In this document: positions 38,517 to 56,250 of the stretch, in pieces | Numbering within the stretch: the first letter of the stretch is position 1 | How the letters are laid out: each line of letters opens with the position of its first letter | NCBI GenBank assembly: GCA_044229975.1 | Contig: JBGARZ010000002.1 | Coordinates: 1,017,125 to 1,081,124 of the forward strand | Direction of reading: 5' to 3' | From: Polyangiales bacterium | GTDB lineage: Bacteria > Myxococcota_A > Polyangia > Polyangiales > Ga0077539 | DNA: 64,000 nucleotides | Translations under genes and position numbers: made by a program | The notes under the pieces: model-generated | Database searches by the model: none | What the model saw: only the letters and a program-made list of their open reading frames with translations | Told to the model about the DNA's origin: nothing

Positions 38517-41500
38517 ATGGCCGACGCCTCGCCGGACGCACCCTCCCCCCACGCGCCGACGGGCGCGGCGGCCGCTGCCCCCACCACCACCAGCACGGAC
38601 GAACTCGGAGGCAGCTACGAGGTCATCCGGCGACGTCTCCTGACCACCGCCGAGGCCCTCGCGACGAGGGCCGAGCAGCTCAACGCCCGCCGTAAAGAGG
38701 TCTTCGGCGGCAGCGAGCTCGCGCTCGTCGCGACCGAGCGCGTACGCACCGAGAACAACTGCCTCCCGCGCGACATCGTGGCACTCGGCCCGCGATTGCT
38801 CGTGGGCTTCGACGTCTTCGTGGGGATGAAGTCCGAGGTGACGGTCCCCGATGTGTTCGCGCTGTACTCGGTGAAGCGCGACGAGGGGGCGCTGGCGCTC
38901 GAAGCGCTGCCCCTCGATGACGGCGGGATCTTCTCCGAAGAGCGCTTCCAGAAGGACTTCAGCGACCTCTTTCGATATGTGCGCGACGCCCGCCTCGGGC
39001 AGCTTCGGCGCACCGACCAACGGTTGCTCGCGGTGTTCAACACGGGCCCGGGCGAGCGCGACAAGCGCGTGCTGCGCTGGGGCATCGACGCGTCGGGCAA
39101 GGTCGCCTACATCGACGCGCGCGGCGAGGACGACCACCTCCGCCCGCGAGCCCACGACTTCGGCTGGAAGATCACGACTCGCGACGACCAGGTTCAGGGG
39201 CGCCATCCGCACGTCAACATCCTCGATCAGGTGTTTGTCGAGACCATCGGCGGCGACCTCACCATCAAGGTCGAGAACAACACCGCGTCGGGCCAGGGGC
39301 TCTACTCGGAGCCCGTCGACGACTCCAACCAGACGCTCGACGACGCGCAGATCGCGTACGCCCGCGCCGGGACGCTGATCCTCATCCGGGTGAAGCCGTA
39401 CCGGGAGACCGCGTCGCGGTTCTTCCTCTACAACCCGCGGCGCAAGCAGGTGCTGCGCATCGACTCGCTCGAACAGGCGTGCCTCGCGCTGCCCGAAGAC
39501 CAGGGCGTGCTCTACCCCGACGGGTATTACCTGCTCACCGGGGAGCACAAGCGCTTCGACAACGACGGCGGCCCGATGACCTTCGAGCGGGTCGTCAAGG
39601 CGCCCAACGGAGAAGACGTGCTCTACGTCTTCTATCGGGACTCCGATGGGAAGTACCTGCTCTTCCCGTACAACCTGATTCGCAAGGAGGTGGCGACGCC
39701 CATTCCCTGCCACGGGTATTCGTTGTTCGAAGACGGAACGCTCATCGTGGTGCGCGCGTCGCCTGGTGACGAGCCCACGCGCGTCCACCCGATGCAGGTG
39801 TGGCGGACGCCGTTTACGTCGGCGGAGTTCGCGGCGGCGGCGCCGACGACGGGGTCGTTCCTGGCGAAGGTGGGCAACCCCGACCTGGTGCGGGGAATCT
39901 CCGAGGCGCTGTCGTTGCGGAGGCTCGCGACGAGCGACACGCCGACGCGGCAGACCTGGGAAGACCTCATCAGCGCCAGCGGGCGGATGGTGGACGCCTT
40001 CCACTGGCTGGGCCACGAGGAGTGCTTCGACCTCCTCAGCGTGGTGAAAGAACTCCGCGCGACCGCCGACCAGATCGTCGACGAGTTCGAGAAGGTGGAG
40101 GCCATCCGGCAGCGGGCGTCCGATGCGCTCGCCAAGGCCGAGGCGCAGCAGAAGGAGATCCTCTCGGGGAGCATGGGTGACCTTGGATCAGCCGCGGCGT
40201 ACATGGCCGCGCTCACGGGTCTGCGTCGACAACGCGGCGTGCTCGGGACCCTGCGTGAGCTGCGCTACATGGACCTCCCGCGGGTCACCACGCTGGAGTC
40301 CCAGGTCGACGCGCGCTTCAAGGAGACGAGCTTCCGCGCGGCGGACTTCCTGTCGGGCGCCGACTCGCTCCGGCCGCTGCTCGACGCCATCGCGCAGGCC
40401 GTGGAGAAGGCGGGCTCCGCGGCGCGCACCGTGGAGCTCAACCCCGTCGCGAAGGAGGTCGACACCGTCCACGAGGGGCTGACGGTGCTCTCGGAAACGG
40501 TCGCGGGTCTTGAAGTCGACGACCCCACGATGCGCACGAAGATCCTCGACGCCGTGAGCGAGGTGTTCGCGCAGCTCAACCGCGCCCGCGCCATCGTGCA
40601 GGCCCGCGGGAAAGAACTCCGCGGCACCGAAGGCCGCGCCGAGTTCGGCGTGCAGGTGAAGGTCTTCCAGCAGGCGGTGCAGAGCGCGCTGGCCGTGGCC
40701 GACTCGCCCGAGCGATGTGATGCGTCGCTCTCGCGCCTGCTGGTGCAGGTCGAAGAGCTGGAGGGGCGCTTCGGGGAGTTCGACGAGTTCGCGGCCGAGC
40801 TCGCGGAGAAGCGCGAGGAGCTCAACGACGCCTTCAGCGGACGCCGCCAGGTGCTGCTCGACGAGCGACAGAAGCGCGCGCAGAACCTCCTCGCAGCGGC
40901 CGATCGCATCCTCCAGGGCGTGCTGCGCCGGGCGCGTGGTTTCGCGACGGCGGAGGAGCTCAACGCCTATTTCGCGGGCGACCCGATGGTGTCGAAGGTG
41001 CGCGAGCTCGTCGAGCAGCTCCGCGGCCTCGGCGACACCGTGAAGGCCGACGAGCTCGACGGACGGGTGCGCTCGGCGAAGCAGGACGGCCTGCGCGCCC
41101 TGCGCGACCGCAGCGACCTCTTCGAAGGGGCCGACAACGTCATCAAGCTGGGGCGGCACCGGTTCTTCGTGAACACGCAGCCGCTGGAGCTGACCATCGT
41201 CCCGCGCGACGGCGCGCTCTCGGTGCACCTGAGCGGGACGGACTATTTCGAGGCCATCGAAGACCCGGCGCTCAACGGCGCGCGCGACCTGTGGGAGCAG
41301 GCCCTGCCGAGCGAGTCGCCCGACGTCTACCGCGGAGAGTTTCTCGCCTACGCGGTGTTGCAGGACGCCCTGCGCGGAGAGCGCGGCCTCACCCTCGACA
41401 AGCTCAAGCACGAGGCGCTCACGGACGGCGGGCTGTTGACCGTCGTGCGCGCGGCGGCGGCCGACCGGCACGACGAGGGCTACGAGCGCGGCGTCCACGA

Positions 41501-44324
41501 CGTCGACGCGGCGCGCATCCTCGACAAGCTCGTGGCGCTGCTGGGTGCGGCCGGAACGCTACGCCACGAGAGCGCCGCGCGAGCCCTCGGGGTGCTGCAC
41601 CTCGCGACGCTCGACGACACGGCGCGGGCGCTGCTCACGCGGCGGTGCCGGAGCGCGGGTCGGCTGCGGGCGATCACGGGCGCGGCCGACGCACAGGACG
41701 AGATCACCCGCGAGCTCACCGAGGCGATGAGCGCGACGCTCGCGCATTGGCGACTGCCCGCGAGCGAGGGCGATCGACGGCGCGCGGCGCGCTACCTCGT
41801 CGACGAGCTGGGGCGCGGGTCGACGAAGTGCGTGCTGTCGGGCGAGGCCGTGGCGCTGCGGGACGCGTTTCTGGCGGCGGCGCACGAGGTCGGCGCGCGG
41901 CTGCCTTTCGAGGACGACGTGCGGGCGATGGAGAAGTTTCCCGCCGAGGCGCTCGCGCTCGCGCTGCGCTGGGTGGAGGGCTTCGCGGCGCGCACGCCGG
42001 GTCGTGAGGCGTTTGCGCGCGAGGTGGCCGTCGCGCTCATCACCGCCAAGCGGGTCGAGCGGGAGACCAGCACGGCGCCGTTGGAGACCACCGTCGACGG
42101 GCTCCTCGGGCAGCACCCGCGGGTGCGCGAGCGGGCGATGTCGCTGCGGCTCGACGAGTTTCTGGCGCGACTGGAGGCGTACACGGAGGAGCGGCTGCCG
42201 CGTTGGCGGGCATACCGGAAGGCGCGCACCGAGGTGGCCGCGCGGGAGCGGCACCGGCTGCGGCTGGATGAGTTCTCGGCGCGGGTGCTTTCGAGCTTCG
42301 TGCGCAACCAGCTCATCGACGAGGTGTACCTGCCGCTGGTGGGCGCCAACCTCGCGAAGCAGTTGGGGGCGGCGGGTGACGCCAAGCGCACCGACCTCAT
42401 GGGCCTGCTGCTGCTGGTCTCGCCGCCGGGTTACGGCAAGACGACGCTGATGGAGTACGTCGCCAGCAAGCTTGGGCTGGTGTTCGTGAAGGTGAACGGG
42501 CCGTCGCTGGGCCACGGGGTGGTGAGCCTCGACCCGGCGGAGGCGCCCAACGCCACGTCGCGGCAGGAGGTGGAGAAGATCAACCTCGCGCTGGAGATGG
42601 GCAACAACGTGATGCTGTACCTGGACGACATCCAGCACACCAACGCGGAGCTGCTCCAGAAGTTCATCTCGCTGTGCGACGGGTCGCGGCGCATCGAAGG
42701 CGTCTGGAAGGGTCGTACGCGCACGTACGATCTTCGCGGCAAGCGCTTCTGCGTGGTGATGGCGGGCAACCCCTACACCGAGTCGGGCGCGCGCTTCCGC
42801 ATCCCGGACATGCTCGCCAACCGCGCCGACACGTACAACCTCGGCGACATCCTCGGCGGCCGCGACGACGCCTTCGCGCGCTCCTACCTGGAGAACGCCC
42901 TCACCTCCAACGCCACCCTCGCCCCGCTCGCGGGCCGCGATCCCAAGGACCTCGACAAGCTCATTCGCATGGCCGCGGGCGAGGCCATTCCGTCGACGGA
43001 GCTCGCGCACCCGTACAGCGCCGCGGAGGTGGCCGAGGTCACCGCCGTGCTGCGCAACCTCACGCTCGCCCAGCGCGTGCTGCTCGCGGTCAACGCGGAG
43101 TACATCCGCAGCGCGTCGCAGGAGGACAGCTACCGGACGGAGCCGCCGTTCAAGCTCCAGGGCAGCTACCGCAACATGAACAAGATCGCCGAGAAGGTGG
43201 TCTCGGCCCACACCGTCGACGAGGTCGAGCGGCTCATCGACGACCACTACGCGAGCGAGTCGCAGACGCTCACCACCGGCGCCGAGCAGAACCTCCTGAA
43301 GCTCGCCGAGCTGCGCGGGCGCACTTCAGACGAGCAGCGCGCACGATGGGAGGCGATCAAGAAGGAGTACGCGCGACAGAAGCGCGTGGGCGGCAAGGAC
43401 GACGACCCCGTGGCGCGCGTGACGGGCACGCTCTCGACGCTGGGCGAAGAGCTCGAACGCATGCGCACCGAGATCACCCGCGCCGCGGAGCGATCGGCCG
43501 ACGAGCGATCGAACGTCGTGAAGGCGCTGGGCCCGCAGCTCGCGACGCTGGAGGCAGCGTTGAAAGCGGTGTCGCGACCGGCGCTGGAGGTGAAGGTGCC
43601 CGGTCCCGAGGCAACGGTGGCGGCGATGGTCGAGCGGCTCTCCGGGGTGGCGACTGCCCTGGGCCCGGTGATGCGCGCGACGCAGCACGGGCTCGGCACG
43701 CTGCCCGACGTGCTCACGACGATGGTCGCCGTCCTCGAACGCCTGGAGAAGAAGCTCGCCGAAGGTGGCTTTCCGGTCGCGGTCGCGGCGATGGGAGCAC
43801 CCGTGTCTGCCGCCGTTGCGGGGGCTCCGGCCATCGCGCCGTCGCTGCCATCCCCGGTGCCGACGCCTACGGCGAGCGCGGGCGGTGCGGTGGTGCGGCG
43901 ACCGTCCATCCCGTCGCCGCCGAGGCCGGAGGTGCCGACCGCGCCCTATGAGATGCCCTCGCTGCCGGGCGTGGGTCTCGCGCCCGTCGTCGCGCGGGTG
44001 CGCTTCGAGTCCGAGCTCGGGGCGGTGACGGTCTCCAACTTCTTCGTCCCGATCGGGGCCGACCGGGATGTCGTTCGGGAGGGAGGGGTGTTCGTCCAGA
44101 CGTATCGGAAGCTGCCGCTGGTCGGCTCGGTGGTCACCGTCGCGCTGCGCTTCTCCGGAGGCGCGCTGCTGGAGACCGAGGCCGAGGTGGTCTTCGTGCG
44201 GGAGGCGTCGCTCAGCGAGCCGCACCCGGGCTTCGGCGCGCGACTGCTGCGCCTCACGCCCGCGCAGGAGGGCATCCTCCGGCGCTATCTCCTCGACCGC
44301 GACCCGATGGTCCTCCGGGACTGA
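38517..44324 (+). CDS. Large AAA-type 'DNA repair ATPase' (DUF3686-like N-terminus) with C-terminal PilZ-like (TIGR02266-type) domain
   Basis: GGSYEVIRRRL, GRHPHVNILD..FVETIGGDLTIKVENNT; Walker A SPPGYGKTT; Walker B MLYLDDIQH; tail SNFF...EGGVFV.T...VGS...EVVFVRE...PGFGAR. Confidence 0.88.
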   Translation: MADASPDAPSPHAPTGAAAAAPTTTSTDELGGSYEVIRRRLLTTAEALATRAEQLNARRKEVFGGSELALVATERVRTENNCLPRDIVALGPRLLVGFDVFVGMKSEVTVPDVFALYSVKRDEGALALEALPLDDGGIFSEERFQKDFSDLFRYVRDARLGQLRRTDQRLLAVFNTGPGERDKRVLRWGIDASGKVAYIDARGEDDHLRPRAHDFGWKITTRDDQVQGRHPHVNILDQVFVETIGGDLTIKVENNTASGQGLYSEPVDDSNQTLDDAQIAYARAGTLILIRVKPYRETASRFFLYNPRRKQVLRIDSLEQACLALPEDQGVLYPDGYYLLTGEHKRFDNDGGPMTFERVVKAPNGEDVLYVFYRDSDGKYLLFPYNLIRKEVATPIPCHGYSLFEDGTLIVVRASPGDEPTRVHPMQVWRTPFTSAEFAAAAPTTGSFLAKVGNPDLVRGISEALSLRRLATSDTPTRQTWEDLISASGRMVDAFHWLGHEECFDLLSVVKELRATADQIVDEFEKVEAIRQRASDALAKAEAQQKEILSGSMGDLGSAAAYMAALTGLRRQRGVLGTLRELRYMDLPRVTTLESQVDARFKETSFRAADFLSGADSLRPLLDAIAQAVEKAGSAARTVELNPVAKEVDTVHEGLTVLSETVAGLEVDDPTMRTKILDAVSEVFAQLNRARAIVQARGKELRGTEGRAEFGVQVKVFQQAVQSALAVADSPERCDASLSRLLVQVEELEGRFGEFDEFAAELAEKREELNDAFSGRRQVLLDERQKRAQNLLAAADRILQGVLRRARGFATAEELNAYFAGDPMVSKVRELVEQLRGLGDTVKADELDGRVRSAKQDGLRALRDRSDLFEGADNVIKLGRHRFFVNTQPLELTIVPRDGALSVHLSGTDYFEAIEDPALNGARDLWEQALPSESPDVYRGEFLAYAVLQDALRGERGLTLDKLKHEALTDGGLLTVVRAAAADRHDEGYERGVHDVDAARILDKLVALLGAAGTLRHESAARALGVLHLATLDDTARALLTRRCRSAGRLRAITGAADAQDEITRELTEAMSATLAHWRLPASEGDRRRAARYLVDELGRGSTKCVLSGEAVALRDAFLAAAHEVGARLPFEDDVRAMEKFPAEALALALRWVEGFAARTPGREAFAREVAVALITAKRVERETSTAPLETTVDGLLGQHPRVRERAMSLRLDEFLARLEAYTEERLPRWRAYRKARTEVAARERHRLRLDEFSARVLSSFVRNQLIDEVYLPLVGANLAKQLGAAGDAKRTDLMGLLLLVSPPGYGKTTLMEYVASKLGLVFVKVNGPSLGHGVVSLDPAEAPNATSRQEVEKINLALEMGNNVMLYLDDIQHTNAELLQKFISLCDGSRRIEGVWKGRTRTYDLRGKRFCVVMAGNPYTESGARFRIPDMLANRADTYNLGDILGGRDDAFARSYLENALTSNATLAPLAGRDPKDLDKLIRMAAGEAIPSTELAHPYSAAEVAEVTAVLRNLTLAQRVLLAVNAEYIRSASQEDSYRTEPPFKLQGSYRNMNKIAEKVVSAHTVDEVERLIDDHYASESQTLTTGAEQNLLKLAELRGRTSDEQRARWEAIKKEYARQKRVGGKDDDPVARVTGTLSTLGEELERMRTEITRAAERSADERSNVVKALGPQLATLEAALKAVSRPALEVKVPGPEATVAAMVERLSGVATALGPVMRATQHGLGTLPDVLTTMVAVLERLEKKLAEGGFPVAVAAMGAPVSAAVAGAPAIAPSLPSPVPTPTASAGGAVVRRPSIPSPPRPEVPTAPYEMPSLPGVGLAPVVARVRFESELGAVTVSNFFVPIGADRDVVREGGVFVQTYRKLPLVGSVVTVALRFSGGALLETEAEVVFVREASLSEPHPGFGARLLRLTPAQEGILRRYLLDRDPMVLRD

Positions 44325-44402
44325 CCGCGACGAGGCCGTGGCAACGGCCCGGAAAATGGACTAATCCCCCGCCGAACGAACGACCGAGGAGAGAAGCAAC
44401 CA

Positions 44403-45044
44403 ATGGCGGTGTTGAGCGTCACCACAGCGACCTTCCAGCGCGAGGTGCTCCAGAGCGAGCTCCCGGTGCTGGTCAACCTCTGGGCCCCGGGCTTCCCGGC
44501 CTGCAAGCAGCTCGCGCCCCGCGTCGAGGACGTGGCCCGCGAACTCCACGGCAAGCTCAAGGTCGTGCTCTGCAACGTCGAGGAGAACCCCCAGATCGCG
44601 CAGATGTTCAGGGCCACCGAGGTGCCCATGCTCGTGGTCGTGGCGGGCGGTCGACCCGTCAATGCGGCCAAGGGCGCCATCAGCAAGGCGGAGATCCTGG
44701 AGCTGGTCGAGCCGCACCTCCCCGGCGCCGAAGACGAAATCCCCGCCAAGGAGCTGCCCGCGTTGATGAAGGCGGGAAAGGTGCTCGTCGTCGACGTGCG
44801 CGAGGCGCAGGTGTTTGCGCGGGCGCACATCCCTGGGTCGCGCAACGTCCCGGCCGAGAGCATCACGCTGGCGGTGCAGACCCTCGCGATGGAGCGCAAG
44901 GCCGTGGTGCTCTACGACCGCTCCGGGGGGGAGGATGTACGCAAGGCCTTCGAGGCCCTACAGCAGGTCGGACTGCCCGCGGCGATCTTGAAGGGCGGCT
45001 TCCTTGCCTGGGAAGCCGAGGGCTTTGGCATCGAACGGTCGTAG
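44403..45044 (+). CDS. Thioredoxin-like plus rhodanese-like fusion protein
   Basis: FQREVLQSELPVLVNLWAPGFPACK (Trx fold); VVDVRE...AHIPGSRNVP...LKGGFLAW (rhodanese). Confidence 0.85.
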   Translation: MAVLSVTTATFQREVLQSELPVLVNLWAPGFPACKQLAPRVEDVARELHGKLKVVLCNVEENPQIAQMFRATEVPMLVVVAGGRPVNAAKGAISKAEILELVEPHLPGAEDEIPAKELPALMKAGKVLVVDVREAQVFARAHIPGSRNVPAESITLAVQTLAMERKAVVLYDRSGGEDVRKAFEALQQVGLPAAILKGGFLAWEAEGFGIERS

Positions 45045-45107
45045 CGTCGGCGCGATGGCGCCGGCACCGCATTGACGTCGCTGCCACAGTGCTCGACATG
45101 ATGGGTC

Positions 45108-47362
45108 GTGGTTGAGCTGCTGCTGACGCCGACCCCCCAGGGTGACGGCAAGGTCGACATCCTCCTCGTCGACGACAACACCAACAATCTGCTCGCCCTT
45201 GAGGCGATGCTGGCCGACCTCGGGCAGAACCTCGTGCGCGCCACGTCGGGCACCGAGGCGCTGCGCAAGCTCCTGGAGCAGGACTTCGCGCTCGCGCTCC
45301 TCGACATCCAGATGCCCGACCTCGACGGGTTCCAGACGGCGGAGCTCATCCGGGCGCGCGAGCGCTCGCGGCACATGCCGATCATCTTCCTGACGGCCTT
45401 CAACAAGACCGAGGTGCAGATCTCCCAGGGCTACGAGCTCGGGGCGGTGGACTTCCTCTTCAAGCCGCTCGTGCCGTTCATCCTGCGGGCGAAGGTGCAG
45501 GCCTTCGTCGACCTCTTCCGCAAGACGGAAGAAGTGAAGCGGCAGGCGCGGCTGCTGCGCGAGGTCGAGGCCCGCGAGGCCGAACGACGTCTCCAGGAGG
45601 CCGCGCAGCGCTGGGAGTCCGACCGTCTGCGCGAGGAGATGATCAAGGAGCGGCGGGTGGCCGAGACGCTCGCGCGCACCGTGGCCGAGCGCGAGCGTGC
45701 CGAGGTGGCCCTCCAGGCGAGCAACCACCGCCTCGGGTTTCTCTCCGAGATGGCCAACCGTCTGCTGCTGGGCGCGCGGCCGGAGGACTTCCTCCACAGC
45801 CTCTATGGTGAGCTCTCGGCGCACCTGCACCTGGAGGTCTATTTCAACTACCTCGTGCGCGACGACGGGCAGACGCTCTCGCTCGAAGCCCACAGCGGCA
45901 TCGACGACGAGACCGCCGCGAGCCTCCGCACGATCACGCTCGGGGAGTCCGTCTCCGGGGTCGTGGCCCTCACCCGCGCGCCCATCGTGGCCGAGAGCAT
46001 CCAGCGCTCGTCCGACCCGATCTTCGCGCGTGTGCGTGCCATCGGCATCAACGCGCACGCCTGCTTCCCCCTCATCGCGCAAGACCGCCTGCTCGGAACG
46101 CTCTCCTTCGGCACCCGGCAGCGGGCGTCGTTCGAGCCCGATGACGTCGCGGTGATGCAGGTGGTCTGCGACCAGGTGGCCGTCGCCATGGAGCGCGCGC
46201 GGCTCATCGACGAGCTCTCGCGGCGCAACCACGACCTCGCCGAGGCCGACCGCCACAAGGACGAGTTTCTCGCCATGCTGGCCCACGAGCTGCGCAACCC
46301 GATGGCGCCCATCGTCAACGCGGTGCACCTGCTGCGGCTGCCGCAGGCGGAGGGCCCGGTCGTACAGCGCGCCATCGACGCCATCGACCGACAGGTGAAC
46401 CACATGGTTCGGCTGGTCGACGACCTGCTCGACCTGTCGCGCATCAACACGGGGAAGGTCGAGCTGCGGAAGGAGCGGGTCTCCCTCGCGACCATCATCG
46501 ACCACGCGGTGCAGACGAGCGCGCCGCTCATGCAGCGCAACCGGCACGACTTCACCCTCGCGATGCCGACCGAGGACATCCGGCTGCTGGCCGATCGGAC
46601 GCGCCTCACGCAGGTGGTGGCCAACCTCCTCAACAACGCCGCGAAGTACTCGCCCCCGGAGGGGAAGATCGAGCTCTCGTGCGTTCGCGATGCGGCGGAG
46701 GTGGTGGTGACGGTGCGCGACCGGGGCATCGGCATTCGCCCGGAGATGCTCGCCCACGTGTTTGACCTCTTCGTGCAGTCCGACCGCACGCCCGACCGCT
46801 CGCAGGGCGGCCTCGGCATCGGGCTCACGCTCGTGAAGAGCCTCGTGGAGATGCACGGCGGCACCGTCGAGGCGCGCAGCGAGGGCATCGGGAAGGGCAG
46901 CGAGTTCGAGGTGCGACTGCCGGTGGTGGACACCCGCACGATGCCGCCGCCACCACCCATGGAGCCCAGCCCGGCCGCCGAGCGCGCGGGGCTGCGGGTC
47001 ATGGTGGTCGAGGACAACGTCGACGTGCGCGAGACCCTCCGCGACTTCCTCGTGCTGTCGGGGCACCGGGTGAGCGTCGCCGAGGACGGGCCGTCGGCGG
47101 TGGAGGCCCTCATCGCCGAGCGGCCCGACGTGGCGCTCGTGGACATCGGCCTGCCGGGCCTCGACGGACACCAGGTGCTGGGCGCCATCCGCGACCGCGG
47201 GGCGACGATGCCCACGGTGTTTGTGGCGCTCACCGGCTACGGCCAGCCGCAAGACCGACAGCGGGCGTTTGAAGCGGGCTTCCACGACCACCTCGTGAAG
47301 CCCGTCGACGCCGACCTGCTCATCCGAATGCTCGACGAGATCTCCTCCCTCCACCGGAAAGA

Positions 47363-47366
<4 letters not shown>
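45108..47366 (+). CDS. Hybrid histidine kinase REC-GAF-HisKA-HATPase-REC
   Basis: ILLVDD...[50 protein letters not shown]. Confidence 0.93.
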
Positions 47367-54859
<7,493 letters not shown>

Positions 54860-55681
54860 GTGGCCGACACCCTCGAAGCGCTAGAGATCGAGCTCCTCAC
54901 GGAGGGCATCTTCCGCCACTACGGGGTCGACTTCCGGCACTACGCCTACGCCTCCCTCCGCCGCCGCATCTGGAACAGCGTTCACGCCGAGAGGCTCACC
55001 ACGGTGACGGCGCTGCTCGACAAGGTGCTGCACGACACCGACACCATGGAGCGCCTGCTGCTCCAGCTCTCCGTCAACGTGACGTCGATGTTTCGCGACC
55101 CGAGCTTCTATCGGAGCTTCCGCGAGAAGGTCGTCCCGCTGCTGCGCTCGCACCCCTTCATCCGCATCTGGCACGCGGGCTGTTCGACCGGCGAGGAGGT
55201 CTACTCCATGGCCATCCTGCTGGAGGAGGAAGGGCTCTACGACCGCGCGCGGCTCTACGCCACGGACATGAACGAGGCCGTCCTCGCGCAGGCCCGCAAA
55301 GGCATCTTCCCCACCAGCGTGATGGCCGAGTACGAGCGCAACTACTCCCTCGCCGGAGGCACCGCGAAGCTCTCGGACTACTACCTCGCCCGCTACGACT
55401 TCGCGCTCTTCCGCCAGTCCCTCCGGCGCAACGTCGTCTTCGCGCACCACAACCTGGTGACCGACGGGTCGTTCAACGAGTTCAACGTCATCCTGTGCCG
55501 CAACGTGATGATCTACTTCGATCGCACGCTCCAGGGCACGGCGCACCGGCTCTTCCACGCCAGCCTGCGGCGCTTCGGCGTGCTCGCCCTCGGCCGCAAG
55601 GAGTCCCTCCGCGGCACCGCTCACGAGCACGACTACGAGGCCATCGACGCCGCCGAGCGCATCTATCGGAGGTCGGCGTGA
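54860..55681 (+). CDS. cheR: Protein-glutamate O-methyltransferase
   Basis: VNVTSMFRDP, RIWHAGCSTGEEVYS, ATD, HNL, ILCRNVMIYF. Confidence 0.93.
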   Translation: MADTLEALEIELLTEGIFRHYGVDFRHYAYASLRRRIWNSVHAERLTTVTALLDKVLHDTDTMERLLLQLSVNVTSMFRDPSFYRSFREKVVPLLRSHPFIRIWHAGCSTGEEVYSMAILLEEEGLYDRARLYATDMNEAVLAQARKGIFPTSVMAEYERNYSLAGGTAKLSDYYLARYDFALFRQSLRRNVVFAHHNLVTDGSFNEFNVILCRNVMIYFDRTLQGTAHRLFHASLRRFGVLALGRKESLRGTAHEHDYEAIDAAERIYRRSA

Positions 55682-56250
55682 CGGCCCGAAACATGGTGCT
55701 CATCGGCACCTCGCTCGGCGGCCTCGACGCGCTCACGACCGTGCTGCGAGAGCTGTCGGCGAGCTTCCCGTGGCCCGTCGCCGTGGTGCAGCACCGCAGC
55801 GCCGAGGACTCGGGCATCACCCTCGCGACGGTGCTCCAGCAGACCTGCGCGCTGCCCGTGGACGAGGTCGAAGACAAGGACCCCATCGTCAACGGGCGGG
55901 TGTTTCTCGCGCCGCCCGACTACCACCTCCTGGTCGAGCCGGACGCCTTCGCGCTCTCGACGGAGGCGCGGGTGTCGCTCGCGCGGCCCTCCATCGACGT
56001 GCTCTTCGACTCGGCGGCGGCCTCCTTCGACGGCTCGCTCGTCGCGCTGGTGCTGACGGGCGCGAGCATCGACGGTGCGCGCGGCGCCGCGCGCGTGAAG
56101 GCCCGCGGCGGCATGGTGCTGGTGCAGGACCCCGACACCGCGGAGAGCGCGATCATGCCGCGGGCGGCCATCGCGGCCACCACGGTCGATGCCGTGCTGC
56201 CGCTCCACGCGATGGGCCCCTACCTCAACCGGCTGGCCGCGAGCCGGTAG
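55678..56250 (+). CDS. cheB: CheB methylesterase catalytic domain only (no receiver)
   Basis: IGTSLGG (Ser), VQHR (His), LTGASIDGA (Asp), RPSIDVLF; GTGA overlap with cheR. Confidence 0.9.
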   Translation: MTARNMVLIGTSLGGLDALTTVLRELSASFPWPVAVVQHRSAEDSGITLATVLQQTCALPVDEVEDKDPIVNGRVFLAPPDYHLLVEPDAFALSTEARVSLARPSIDVLFDSAAASFDGSLVALVLTGASIDGARGAARVKARGGMVLVQDPDTAESAIMPRAAIAATTVDAVLPLHAMGPYLNRLAASR

